A DNA stretch of 64,000 bases, taken from positions 5,861 to 69,860 of the forward strand of contig CAXAGT010000001.1 in assembly GCA_963968885.1 (NCBI GenBank). Reading direction: 5' to 3'. The DNA comes from an uncultured Candidatus Poseidoniales archaeon (GTDB lineage: Archaea; Thermoplasmatota; Poseidoniia; Poseidoniales; Poseidoniaceae). The notes below the pieces were generated by a model that was not told the DNA's origin, made no database searches, and saw only the letters and a program-made list of their open reading frames with translations. Of the stretch, positions 36,754-45,561 are shown in pieces; positions within the stretch are counted from its first letter, which is position 1, and the number at the start of each line of letters is the position of its first letter. The position numbers and the translations under genes were made by a program.

Positions 36754-37950
36754 GTGGTCGTTCCAAGAACAGATTTTCCAATCCTCAATAGGGAGATACA
36801 TGGTAAGAAATTAGTATATCTTGATAATGCAGCCACTACTCAAAAACCAAAGGTAGTAATAGATGCCATGAACAATTACTATGAGAATTACAATTCGAAT
36901 GTTCATCGTGCAGTCCATCTAATGGCAGGAGAGGCAACCGATTCTTATGAGTCATGCAGGACTATCTTGAAGAGTTGGTTCAACGCGCAAAGGGCTATTT
37001 TTACTTCTGGTACAACCGAAGCAATCAATCTGGCTGCACACGCATGGGGAAAAGAAAACCTAAGTTCCGGTGATGTCGTGTTGATGACAGAAATGGAACA
37101 CCATTCTGATATTGTTCCTTGGCAATTACTTGCTGATGATTTGGATATAGAACTAAGATATATTCCAGTAAAGGATGATTTTACTCTAGACCTGGAAGCG
37201 TTTGATGCGTCTTTAGACGGGGTCAAATTGGTTTGTATTGTACATACATCAAATGTTCTCGGTGTAAGAAATCCGATTGAATATGTAATCGAAAAATCTC
37301 ACTCCATTGGCGCCAAAGTTTTGATCGACGCTGCACAAGGTGTTCCCCACAAACAGATTGATTTTCAAAAATTAGGTGCTGATTTTATGGCTATGTCTGC
37401 TCATAAAATGATGGGACCAACTGGAATTGGGGCACTATTAGTCACAGAGGAAATTTTTCAATCCATGAGACCATTTATGGGAGGGGGAGATATGATTCAA
37501 ACTGTTACCCTACAGGGCTCTACATATCAAAACAATGAGCACAAATTTGAGGCAGGAACTCCTAAAATTGCAGAGGCAATAGGCTGGAAAGCAGCATTTG
37601 ATTACATGTCAAATATTGATTTGGACGCAGAGCACGCAAGATTAGTTGAGATTGCAAGGTGGACTTCAAAGCAACTTGAAGATCTTGGAGCGGCAATTTA
37701 TGGCAGGTATTCCGAGCAAGACGCAGCCGTAGTTTCATTCTTATTCGACAATTTGCATCCCGAAGATTTAGCCCATTACTTAGATGCGATGGGATTCGCA
37801 ATTAGAACTGGACACCACTGCGCTCAACCACTACTTGAGAGGCTTGGAGTCAAAGGTACAGCAAGAGCGTCATTCTATCTATACAATACAATGGAAGAAG
37901 CAGGTGAATTTATTGAAGCGGTGAAATACGTTTTGCAAAAGTTCGGTTAG
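36754..37950 (+). CDS. sufS: Cysteine desulfurase SufS
   Basis: YLDNAATTQKP, NVHR, EHHSDIVPW, SAHKMMGPTG, FEAGTP, RTGHHCAQP. Confidence 0.96.
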   Translation: MVVPRTDFPILNREIHGKKLVYLDNAATTQKPKVVIDAMNNYYENYNSNVHRAVHLMAGEATDSYESCRTILKSWFNAQRAIFTSGTTEAINLAAHAWGKENLSSGDVVLMTEMEHHSDIVPWQLLADDLDIELRYIPVKDDFTLDLEAFDASLDGVKLVCIVHTSNVLGVRNPIEYVIEKSHSIGAKVLIDAAQGVPHKQIDFQKLGADFMAMSAHKMMGPTGIGALLVTEEIFQSMRPFMGGGDMIQTVTLQGSTYQNNEHKFEAGTPKIAEAIGWKAAFDYMSNIDLDAEHARLVEIARWTSKQLEDLGAAIYGRYSEQDAAVVSFLFDNLHPEDLAHYLDAMGFAIRTGHHCAQPLLERLGVKGTARASFYLYNTMEEAGEFIEAVKYVLQKFG

Positions 37951-37958
37951 GTGATACC

Positions 37959-38357
37959 ATGAACGCTGCGCTCGAGGAAATCTTGGATGAATTTGAAGAA
38001 ATTGAGGACAGGATGGAAAAGTTTGAATTCTTACATGACCTTTCTAATGACTTGAACCAGTTACCTATCGAAGAGTGGAATGATTCTACAAGAATACATG
38101 GCTGTCAAAGTGAAGCACATGTGAAGGTTTGGATTGAATCTGGACTAGTTCAATTTCGAGGTGGTGCGGATGCTTCGATTGTTGCAGGATTAATGGGGAT
38201 AATCTCAATTGCAGTTCATGAGCAAACAGTCGAATACGTAAGGTCACTTCAACCTGAATTCCTAGCACGCACGGGGTTACTTAACTCACTGACTCCGTCT
38301 AGGTCAAATGGTTTTAGAAATATATTTTCAAGAGTCAAATCAATAATAGGTGAATGA
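37959..38357 (+). CDS. sufE: Sulfur acceptor SufE
   Basis: RIHGCQSEAH, DASIVAG, LTPSRSNG. Confidence 0.92.
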   Translation: MNAALEEILDEFEEIEDRMEKFEFLHDLSNDLNQLPIEEWNDSTRIHGCQSEAHVKVWIESGLVQFRGGADASIVAGLMGIISIAVHEQTVEYVRSLQPEFLARTGLLNSLTPSRSNGFRNIFSRVKSIIGE

Positions 38358-38676
38358 AATGGTTACTAAACAAGATGTTCTTGATTGTCTACAGGAAGTA
38401 TTTGATCCTGAATTACAAATAACGATTGTAGAACTTGGTCTTGTTTATGATGTGAAATTTGAGCAAACAGACAAAGGTACTCATGCTGAAATCGATTTGA
38501 CTCTAACAAGCCCTGGATGTCCTGTAGCGCCAGAGATTATGGCTAATACTCACAGAGCTGCTTTGAAGACAGAGGGAGTAGAATCAGTGCACGTAAATTT
38601 GGTATGGAGTCCAAGGTGGGATCCAAAAATTCATGCCTCTGATGATGCAAAAATGGACATGGATATATGGGACTAG
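38350..38676 (+). CDS. sufT: DUF59/SufT metal-sulfur cluster maturation protein
   Basis: VFDPELQITIVELGLVYD...TLTSPGCP...VWSPRW. Confidence 0.9.
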   Translation: MNEMVTKQDVLDCLQEVFDPELQITIVELGLVYDVKFEQTDKGTHAEIDLTLTSPGCPVAPEIMANTHRAALKTEGVESVHVNLVWSPRWDPKIHASDDAKMDMDIWD

Positions 38677-39792
38677 TTACCTCTTTGTAATTATAGTCAA
38701 TAAATCCCCGTCTTTCAACAGATGATCTATCCCCACTCTTTGCCAATCAAACTTAGCACTGGGTCCCTTGACTTTTGCATACCTGAATTTTCGAACAAAA
38801 TCTCTGTGTAGCTTGTTACAAATTGTTTCAACTGTAGAATCGTCTTTTACAATAAGTGGCTCTTCCAAATCTGCCTCTCCACCTTGTGGCTTCAAGAACA
38901 CTCTCATGAATCCCAAGTTATCATAGATGAAATCCTTTAATTCTTCCAATCCCCATTCTTTGAATGCTGATATCCGCATGATTGGCCATCCATCTGGCAG
39001 CGTAGATTCTGAATGTTTAAGTTGCTCTTCATTGGCTAAATCTATCTTATTAATGGCTACTACTGCCTTTTCATAGACTCTATTTTGCGCTAATGCATCA
39101 ACAATTTGTTCTGCTGTAGCATTATGCCTAAGTGTTACTAGAGCGCTAGTATAACCAAACATTCGTATGATTTCCCCCATTTCTTCAGTTGTTAAGTGGG
39201 TTTGTTCTATCGTTGTCCGAATGTCTATTCCGCCTTTATCGACTCTTTTTATGAAAACTGGAGGTCGGGTTTCATTTAGCCTCAAACCAGCATTATGCAA
39301 TTCCCTGTATAGAACATTGAAGTGAGAATCTTGGAAAGGATCTACAATAAACAAAACCATGTCAGCAGCCCTAATCACTCCGATGATTTCTTTTCCTCTT
39401 CCCTTGCCTTCAGCAGCTCCTTTTATCAATCCAGGCAAATCTAAAATCTGGATTTTTGCACCTCTGTGCTCCATCAACCCAGGTATGCAAGTCAAAGTGG
39501 TAAAGGCAAAACTACCTGTTTCTGATTCCGCTCCAGTAACCTTACTGATCAATGTTGATTTACCAACGCTAGGGAAACCAACTAGAGCAACGGTGGCGTC
39601 ACCTGATTTTCTAACCTCAAAGCCTTTTGCAGGACCACCTGCTCTACTGCTTGCCGCAACTTTTTCCTCTTTGAGTTTCAATTGCGCAATCTTTGCTTTC
39701 AATCTGCCAATGTGGGCGTTTGTGGCTTTATTTTTCTGGGTTTTATGAATTTCATCATAGAGTGCCTGAATTTGCTCTTTGATAGTAGCCAT
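38677..39792 (-). CDS. DRG/Rbg-family OBG GTPase with TGS domain
   Basis: TQKNKATNAHIG, GFPSVGKST, FTTLTCIPG, DLPG, NKID, TGS domain with QRVGIDH.L.DGD. Confidence 0.95.
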   Translation of the reverse strand: MATIKEQIQALYDEIHKTQKNKATNAHIGRLKAKIAQLKLKEEKVAASSRAGGPAKGFEVRKSGDATVALVGFPSVGKSTLISKVTGAESETGSFAFTTLTCIPGLMEHRGAKIQILDLPGLIKGAAEGKGRGKEIIGVIRAADMVLFIVDPFQDSHFNVLYRELHNAGLRLNETRPPVFIKRVDKGGIDIRTTIEQTHLTTEEMGEIIRMFGYTSALVTLRHNATAEQIVDALAQNRVYEKAVVAINKIDLANEEQLKHSESTLPDGWPIMRISAFKEWGLEELKDFIYDNLGFMRVFLKPQGGEADLEEPLIVKDDSTVETICNKLHRDFVRKFRYAKVKGPSAKFDWQRVGIDHLLKDGDLLTIITKR

Positions 39793-39846
39793 GGCACTCC
39801 CCCCAAAACCAATGCCGTAGAACCATATTCTTCAATCTCCCGCTGA

Positions 39847-40248
39847 TTGAGTACTGTATGGTTTAGAAAAAGTCAATACACAGATTCGAGTGGTTGGTTC
39901 ATGGACTATGTTTGTAAGAACATAGGGCTGCTGCCAGTTTGGGAAGAGTTGACCAAACATTGCAAGAAGTATGAATCCGTCATGACGATAAAAAAAGACG
40001 AAATAGGATATTATAGATTAGAAACTCTTTCCAAAAAACCATTCATTGCAACCTGTGTTCAGAGAAAACATGTGGGATTGTATTCTGTTGTTATGTATAG
40101 GCATTCAGAAGTAATTCCTAAAGAACTAGAGAATTTTAGAGTAGGTAAGTCCTGTATGGGATTTGTTGATTTTGACGAGAATTTTGACCTAATCCCTCAA
40201 TTGCTAGACAACATCTTCGAATATTATGCAAGTAATGAAAAATTATAA
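39847..40248 (+). CDS. Hypothetical protein, DUF1801-like
   Basis: The QRKHVGLY...GKSCMGF pattern resembles DUF1801 proteins. Start uncertain. Confidence 0.45.
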   Translation: MSTVWFRKSQYTDSSGWFMDYVCKNIGLLPVWEELTKHCKKYESVMTIKKDEIGYYRLETLSKKPFIATCVQRKHVGLYSVVMYRHSEVIPKELENFRVGKSCMGFVDFDENFDLIPQLLDNIFEYYASNEKL

Positions 40249-40259
40249 TCGGTGAGAAA

Positions 40260-40949
40260 ATGGGATTAGATGTAGTGTGCAAGCTTATACACGCTCCCAC
40301 TTTTGAAAAGATTTGTTCGATGAGTTGGCAAGATATTTACAATTCTCTTGAATCTACTGATTTAAGGAAGATTAGACCTGAAAAAGATGAGCGTCTTGAA
40401 AGAAAGTTTGACATTGATGCAGAAGCGGAACTTCTAGATTGGATGGACTCATTTAACCACAAGATTTCGGACAAAAATAAGTCGCTTTTAGACTGCTTAT
40501 CAGGAATTAATGATTCCACAGATGGTCTGCTTTTGATATCTGAATGGTGCAGTGTTGGCGCTTGGGAAGTATGGGAAGCCAGAGCCATATTGTATTTCGA
40601 GAATGCAACTGGAGTGCGCGTTGAAAATTCAAATGACTTGATATCTTTAGATTCATGGACACAAATCTTTGAATCCTTGAATGGAATAAATGAATCAGAA
40701 TTTTCTGAAAAGGTCTGCATGGATTGGATGGAAAGGAGACTTGAGCTAGGAGAAACATTAGATGAAACACAAGATCCCAGAATCGCTCCAACTTTCGAGG
40801 CTCATGATAGAAATAGTAAAGCTCTAGTTCATGCAGTTAATCTTCTTGAAAATGATATAGAACTGAAGCCGTTATTTGGTAGAGAATATCTTCCTGCATT
40901 CCAATGGCACTATGGAGTGAAAACCCTTGGAATGATAAGTAATGAGTAA
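40260..40949 (+). CDS. Hypothetical soluble protein
   Basis: SD GGTGAG precedes the ATG. 229-aa ORF. Confidence 0.75.
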   Translation: MGLDVVCKLIHAPTFEKICSMSWQDIYNSLESTDLRKIRPEKDERLERKFDIDAEAELLDWMDSFNHKISDKNKSLLDCLSGINDSTDGLLLISEWCSVGAWEVWEARAILYFENATGVRVENSNDLISLDSWTQIFESLNGINESEFSEKVCMDWMERRLELGETLDETQDPRIAPTFEAHDRNSKALVHAVNLLENDIELKPLFGREYLPAFQWHYGVKTLGMISNE

Positions 40950-40994
40950 ATTTGGCGCTGGGTTCAAATCTAACCTTTTCTCGCATGTAGTTAG

Positions 40995-41555
40995 ATGAGC
41001 GAAGAAGATATTGTCGAGCAACAAGATGACTCCGAAATTTCTGAAGGAGAAGAAACTACATTTGAAGTTGAGGCAGTCGAAGAAAATCAGGCAGAAGAAG
41101 TAGTCGACCCTTTGCAAGAAGCATTACAAAGAGCCGATTTTGCTGAAAAGGAAATCGTATACAAAGAGGCAGAAATCCAAAACTTGAGGAAACGCTTCTT
41201 ATCAGAGAAATCTGATTTAATCAAATATTCATCCCAGGGACTTGCAAGAAGAATAATTCCTATTTTGGCTGATGTCGAAAGGGCAGTCTCCAATATAGAG
41301 GAAGGCGATGAATCTGCGGTTGCTCAAGGATTGAGAATGATGCACCATAAATTGTTGAAAGAACTTGAAGAGGATGGGGTCAAGAAAATTGAGACTAAGG
41401 GTCAGAAATTTGATCCTAAATGTATGGAAGCGATTACAACAATTCCTGCTAGTGATACTTTCCCAGCAGATCACGTTGTTGATGAACTTGAGGCAGGCTA
41501 TATGTACAAAGATAGAGTTTTACAAGCATCAAGAGTTGTTGTAGCAAGTGAATAA
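40995..41555 (+). CDS. grpE: Nucleotide exchange factor GrpE
   Basis: Acidic N-terminus, AEIQNLRKR, FDPKCMEAI, GYMYKDRVL..SRVVVA. Confidence 0.95.
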   Translation: MSEEDIVEQQDDSEISEGEETTFEVEAVEENQAEEVVDPLQEALQRADFAEKEIVYKEAEIQNLRKRFLSEKSDLIKYSSQGLARRIIPILADVERAVSNIEEGDESAVAQGLRMMHHKLLKELEEDGVKKIETKGQKFDPKCMEAITTIPASDTFPADHVVDELEAGYMYKDRVLQASRVVVASE

Positions 41556-41595
41556 ACTGAGCAAGTTTAATCACTATTGCCTATGATGCGCTAAC

Positions 41596-41850
41596 ATGGT
41601 CAAGAAGTTAGCCGGTAAAGCGGCGGGCGCTGTTGGTAAGGCAGGGAAGAAAGCTGCTAAAGAAGTGGGTAACTCGATAAAAAGAGAGATTGTGGACAGT
41701 GTAACTAATCCAATTAAGGAAAAAGTTAGAGAAGAAATTAATTCAGCTACCGAGAAAATAAAAACCAAGGCAAGAGAAAAAGTACGAGAAGTAGCAAAAG
41801 AGGCAGTAAAAAGCGAGATTAAGAAAAAGTTCAGTCGCAATAAGGATTAA
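41596..41850 (+). CDS. Small Lys/Ala/Glu-rich amphipathic helical protein
   Basis: ATG-started 84-aa ORF co-oriented with grpE. Its stop overlaps the nadM stop. Confidence 0.6.
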   Translation: MVKKLAGKAAGAVGKAGKKAAKEVGNSIKREIVDSVTNPIKEKVREEINSATEKIKTKAREKVREVAKEAVKSEIKKKFSRNKD

Positions 41851-42401
41851 CCTACAACTGCTCCTACCATTGTACTCAATCGGAATAAGGCATCATTGTC
41901 TATCAGCCAATCAAGGACTGGCTTTGGAATCGACTCGCCGAGAACTTGCTTAACCGCTTCATCATCGTAAATTGTTGATACCATTTTTGCGGAGTTTCGT
42001 ACTCTCCATCCAGCAAGATTTTCTCGATTCTTGAGAGCAATGTGTATGGTCTGGAAATTCGAATCATTGTATAATTTGAGAGTCTTGTCATCAGAAGTAA
42101 CCAAAATCCCTTCTCCATGGATTTGTTTTGCATGCTCTACCCAATTGGGTGGATCGTTTATGTCCTCAATTGTCACTATCTCAATATTACAATCAGAGGC
42201 CTCGCTCTCAATCCATTTCCCTATCATTGCCTTTCTCTCATCAGCAAACCATGGATTAAGCATCTCTCCTCCTGCTTGGGCAGACCCTATCGCAATGGTT
42301 ATCTGGTCATCTTTACCGATTAGTTTCAAAACTTCCCGAACCAGAAATTCATGACCGATATGGAAGGGCTGAAATCTTCCAAGAATGATGTAATTGGTCA
42401 T
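41847..42401 (-). CDS. nadM: Nicotinamide-nucleotide adenylyltransferase
   Basis: GRFQPFHIGH (HxGH), IAIGSAQ, NPW..ER, DINDPPNW. Confidence 0.9.
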   Translation of the reverse strand: MTNYIILGRFQPFHIGHEFLVREVLKLIGKDDQITIAIGSAQAGGEMLNPWFADERKAMIGKWIESEASDCNIEIVTIEDINDPPNWVEHAKQIHGEGILVTSDDKTLKLYNDSNFQTIHIALKNRENLAGWRVRNSAKMVSTIYDDEAVKQVLGESIPKPVLDWLIDNDALFRLSTMVGAVVG

Positions 42402-42437
42402 AACTTCTCCTCTTTACAGTACTAAGCATATTTTGAA

Positions 42438-43622
42438 TCAATGGAAATATGCATCGATATCTACTTGAGGTAAATCGACACCAAAATCTTTGAAGCATTG
42501 GAACATCCTTTTACACCCTTCAATCATCTCTTCTAATGTTGTTTCCCCCATTGAACCCACTCTGAACATTTTTCCTTTCAAGTGGTCTTGTCCACCGATA
42601 ACCTGAGTTTGATAGACATCTTTCAACCTTGACCTCCAATTATCATTCACTCCATTAGGATACATTATTGCCGTAACTGAATCAGATCTTTGCTGTTCAT
42701 CCGCCAATAACTCGAATCCACAATCTGTGAACAAATTTCTAACTCCATCAGCCATTTTTGCGGCTTTATCCCATCTGCTTTCAAGCCCTTCTTCCTTCAG
42801 AACCTTCAGCGCCTCTGACCAACCCATTGCTAGGTTAATTGCTGGAGTCCAAGGAGTCTGTTCATCATCTCCTTTTTTCAAAGCAGGGATTAAGTCAAGG
42901 TAAAATAGAGCATTATTATCATCTTGCCCTCTTATTGTTTTCACCCTTTCAATAAAAGATTGATTAATTGCAATCGCTGCAATACCGGATGGTCCTGCAG
43001 TACATTTTTGGGCTCCGACCACAAGTGCTTCGGCACTCCATTTTTCAGGATGAACTGGCATTCCTCCAATCGAGGTAATCCCATCTAAAATGAATGCTAC
43101 ATTATGTCTCTGACACATTTCTGCAATTGCTTCTGCGTCTTGTGTAATCCCTGATGAGGTTTCGTTATGGCAAATCAAGACAGCCTCGTAAATGCCCTTT
43201 TCTAATTCTGTTTCCATTTCGTACAGGTCAAAAGCCCGTCCCCATTCATATTTCATGTGCTTTAGATTGCAATATCTGTCGCACATTTCTGCAACTCTCT
43301 CACCAAACTTGCCATTGGTGGGGACCAAAACACGGTCATTTGTTCTGAATCTATTTGCGATAACCATTTCCATTCCTGCGGTCCCCGAGCCTGAAACAAC
43401 AATTACAACATAGTCGTCGTCCCCTGACCAGGTTTTGTCTCCTCTTTTATCGCTTGAAGGAGAAAGATTGAATGCATATCTTAGCCCTGAGTTTAATTCA
43501 GCCATTATGTCTCTAAACTCTGTTCCTCTTGCAGTGATTACAGGTGTAGACATCGCATCCAGGCATTTTTGATTCATTCTTGTTGGACCTGGAACGAGAA
43601 AACAATCACCATCATGGCTCAT
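42438..43622 (-). CDS. Class V PLP aminotransferase (serine-pyruvate/alanine-glyoxylate type)
   Basis: VPGPT, SGSGTAGME, NGKFGER, HNETSSG, DGITS, GAQKC, TPWTP, FRVGSMG. Confidence 0.92.
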   Translation of the reverse strand: MSHDGDCFLVPGPTRMNQKCLDAMSTPVITARGTEFRDIMAELNSGLRYAFNLSPSSDKRGDKTWSGDDDYVVIVVSGSGTAGMEMVIANRFRTNDRVLVPTNGKFGERVAEMCDRYCNLKHMKYEWGRAFDLYEMETELEKGIYEAVLICHNETSSGITQDAEAIAEMCQRHNVAFILDGITSIGGMPVHPEKWSAEALVVGAQKCTAGPSGIAAIAINQSFIERVKTIRGQDDNNALFYLDLIPALKKGDDEQTPWTPAINLAMGWSEALKVLKEEGLESRWDKAAKMADGVRNLFTDCGFELLADEQQRSDSVTAIMYPNGVNDNWRSRLKDVYQTQVIGGQDHLKGKMFRVGSMGETTLEEMIEGCKRMFQCFKDFGVDLPQVDIDAYFH

Positions 43623-43727
43623 GCTACTAGCGTTCTGTAGACGGTTTTTGAACTAAATTATCAAACGACATCAAATTGTGTAATTTATGATGCTTATTTT
43701 CATAGGCAAGTTGCCACAGCACTGACC

Positions 43728-44411
43728 ATGCTCAGGGTCGGAATCGCTATGATTCAAGGTGCAAGGCACGAGCATGCTCAGGCTGTTCAACAAGCAGCAG
43801 AAGAACTTGGATTGACAGTCGACATAATCTACCTAAGAGAGCAGGATGATGTTAGTAACGATCTTGACTGCCTTATTTTGCCGGGTGGTGAATCTACAAC
43901 TATGCGATTAGTCAGCACCAATCACAACGTTCTTCCAGCTATCTTCAACTGGATAAAGGATAATCCAGAAAAGAAAGTACTAGGCACTTGTGCCGGTGCA
44001 ATATTGCTTTCTAATCCAGGAGATGATGAGAAACCATTCATTCAAACTAACATTTCACGAAATGCTTGGGGTAGGCAGAGGATGTCATTTGAAGCAGAAA
44101 TTAGTGTTGATTTAGAAGTCAAGCACCCCGGATCAAAAGCCAGGACTTTAGGACAACTTCCACTGGATAAAGATGACCACAGACCATTGGTAGTTCGTTC
44201 AAACAATCATGAAGGATTTGAAGGTAGTTTCAATGGAGTATTCATTAGAGCACCTAGATTTTTATCAGAAAATTCCAGTGATCAGATAGTAGCAAAACTT
44301 GATCAAGAAGTAGTTGGAGTGAAATCAGGGAATATCCTAGCACTAACTTTCCATCCGGAGTTAACTGGAGATGCATTATTTCATCGCTGGTTATTGCAAA
44401 AAGAGAGTTGA
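43728..44411 (+). CDS. pdxT: PLP synthase glutaminase subunit PdxT
   Basis: IQGA..EH, PGGESTT, GTCAG, RNAWGRQ, FIRAP, FHPE. Confidence 0.94.
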   Translation: MLRVGIAMIQGARHEHAQAVQQAAEELGLTVDIIYLREQDDVSNDLDCLILPGGESTTMRLVSTNHNVLPAIFNWIKDNPEKKVLGTCAGAILLSNPGDDEKPFIQTNISRNAWGRQRMSFEAEISVDLEVKHPGSKARTLGQLPLDKDDHRPLVVRSNNHEGFEGSFNGVFIRAPRFLSENSSDQIVAKLDQEVVGVKSGNILALTFHPELTGDALFHRWLLQKES

Positions 44412-44441
44412 ATTCTTACGCTATAGGAGGGTCAGACATAC

Positions 44442-45521
44442 ATGCGCTTGAGAATGGCAACAGAAATCCTGCCTCCTGAGGAGGGTGAGGCTGAGGGTTG
44501 CATTCAATGTCAAGCAGGCAGTAAGATGGTTTTGTTTGTCACTGGAAAGTGTCATTGGGGTTGTGACTACTGTCCTCTCAGCGACAATCGAAGGGAATCT
44601 CCTGATATGTTTGCAAATGAAAGAAGGTGTACTGATTTTTCAGAAGTAATTGAAGAAGCCAGAGCAATGAATGCAACGGGAACAGGAATAACTGGAGGAG
44701 ACCCATTGCTCGATGCACAAAAAAGCATTGAAGCAATATCTGTGCTTAAGGCTGAGTTAGGGGAAGAACATCACATACACATGTACACTTCAATTCCTTT
44801 CGAGTTAGACCTAGTTCCTAAGTTTGCAGATGCTGGGTTAGATGAAATTAGATTTCACTTATTGAATTTGAATATCGATAAATACCAAGATGTGATTTCA
44901 GCATGTAGCAAAGCAGGAATACATACAGGAGTGGAACTTCCTTGCGAACCTGACAAAAGAAATGAGTTAATCACTCTATTAGATTCACTAGCAAAAAGCG
45001 ATGCCTCGTTTTTGAACTTAAATGAATTAGAAATCACAGTTGGTAACCAGGATAATATGGACGTAAGAGGCTTCAATCTTAGCGGTGGAATAACTGCTGC
45101 GGCTGAAGGGAGCGCTGAGCTGGCAATTGAGATGAAGCAATTATCTGAAAATCTTGATTTGCACGTAAAATTCTGTACTGCAAAATACAAAGATGCTGGG
45201 CAATTAAGAAATAGATTTAGGCGTAGGGGACAAGCCAACCTAAGACCATATGAGGTTCTAAGTGATGATGATACAATCTTGTTTGGAGCGATTCCCTGTA
45301 GCGAGCAACACTCGCAAGCAGATTTAGCGGAGCTAAAGTTAGAATTAGAATTACCAAATGGTTGGATAAAATATGATTTGGATAATGAGAGAATAGAGCT
45401 ACCATTGTCAGTAGCAGAAGAAATTGCAGACATGATTCAAGTCCCAGTTCAGATGATAGAAATTCATCCAACATATGAGAGGCTAGAGGTAGGGCTAGTA
45501 CATCTTAATGATTACCGGTAA
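44442..45521 (+). CDS. Radical SAM protein (COG2108-like archaeal family)
   Basis: GCIQC..GSKMVLFVTGKCHWGCDYCPLS, ITGGDP, GLDEIRFH, FLNLNELE. Confidence 0.88.
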   Translation: MRLRMATEILPPEEGEAEGCIQCQAGSKMVLFVTGKCHWGCDYCPLSDNRRESPDMFANERRCTDFSEVIEEARAMNATGTGITGGDPLLDAQKSIEAISVLKAELGEEHHIHMYTSIPFELDLVPKFADAGLDEIRFHLLNLNIDKYQDVISACSKAGIHTGVELPCEPDKRNELITLLDSLAKSDASFLNLNELEITVGNQDNMDVRGFNLSGGITAAAEGSAELAIEMKQLSENLDLHVKFCTAKYKDAGQLRNRFRRRGQANLRPYEVLSDDDTILFGAIPCSEQHSQADLAELKLELELPNGWIKYDLDNERIELPLSVAEEIADMIQVPVQMIEIHPTYERLEVGLVHLNDYR

Positions 45522-45561
45522 AGCACGAGACGGAATCTTTGATGTAGGTTCTAGGAGTGGG

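Noticed and set aside
41574..41840. Hydrophobic 88-aa minus-strand ORF overlapping the Lys-rich ORF
   Set aside because: Its hydrophobicity mirrors AAA/GAA codons on the plus strand. The plus ORF has an ATG and fits the grpE orientation, though this is not proven.
44855..45433. 192-aa antisense ORF and many other 60-150-aa shadow ORFs
   Set aside because: They lie antisense to or within well-supported genes, are Ser/Ile/Phe-rich as expected for reverse-complement codons, and have no motifs or SD.
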